A stretch of DNA of 63,912 bases, filler included, from Octopus bimaculoides (lineage: Eukaryota), in the NCBI RefSeq assembly GCF_001194135.2. It is 6 parts of 5 records of this genome, joined end to end, with 100 filler letters (N's around TTAATTAATTAA, not from the genome) between each part and the next. Parts side by side here need not be neighbours in the genome. Positions count along the whole stretch, not along the records: positions 53,257 to 63,912 come from NC_068983.1; 5 more parts are not named here. One strand, given 5' to 3'. How positions within the stretch are numbered: position 1 is the stretch's first letter; every line of letters starts with the position of its first letter. The notes below the pieces were generated by a model that worked only from the letters and a program-made list of their open reading frames with translations, did no database searches and was not told where the DNA came from. Position numbers and translations under genes: made by a program. Below, in pieces: positions 63,666-63,912 of the stretch.

Positions 63666-63912
63666 ACAATGAATAAGTATGAATTTAAGACAAAAACTGA
63701 ATTCAATTGAATTTCATGGAGAGAAACAAGATAAATAATAGAGGGCAGACTAAAGCGCGTAAGGTATGAGATGTTGAGGCCGTAAATAAATAAAAATCTC
63801 TATCTTATCTGCATCTTGGAGACTTCGTCGTAGTATGTCAGCGGAGAAGAGATTGAGATAATTTAGAATGGATTTCTCATTTATATATTGCCAGAACCTG
63901 AAGACCTTAAGG

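Overview
Repeat-dense, AT-rich animal genomic DNA from a gapped draft assembly. It is very probably an octopus (cephalopod), judged from recalled SINE/RTE families, heavy microsatellite load and 44N-TTAATTAATTAA-44N join markers; the taxon is inferred, not database-checked. No intact host protein-coding gene is evident. Nearly all long ORFs in the track come from microsatellites, N gaps or retroelement remnants. The window contains: a ~7-kb CpG-rich (ACGT/AACG) satellite with alternating inverted blocks (4.9-11.9 kb); several RTE LINE pieces, one with a PHD-like finger inside ORF2; CR1-type, R4/Dong-like, HERO-like and Penelope (RT + GIY-YIG) fragments; three abundant tRNA-derived SINE families; a non-autonomous Helitron; and a MITE-like fold-back. 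The most interesting signal is a set of minimal type-I hammerhead ribozyme (HHR) motifs from several unrelated sequence families. One has an intact core (31735-31835, minus) and one lies upstream of the Penelope ORF (56859-56945). A tRNA-headed, hammerhead-tailed short element forms a head-to-head palindrome (50.5-51.0 kb) and is a candidate Penelope-dependent ribozyme SINE. Four phase-compatible minus-strand exon candidates might belong to a host gene, but support is weak.
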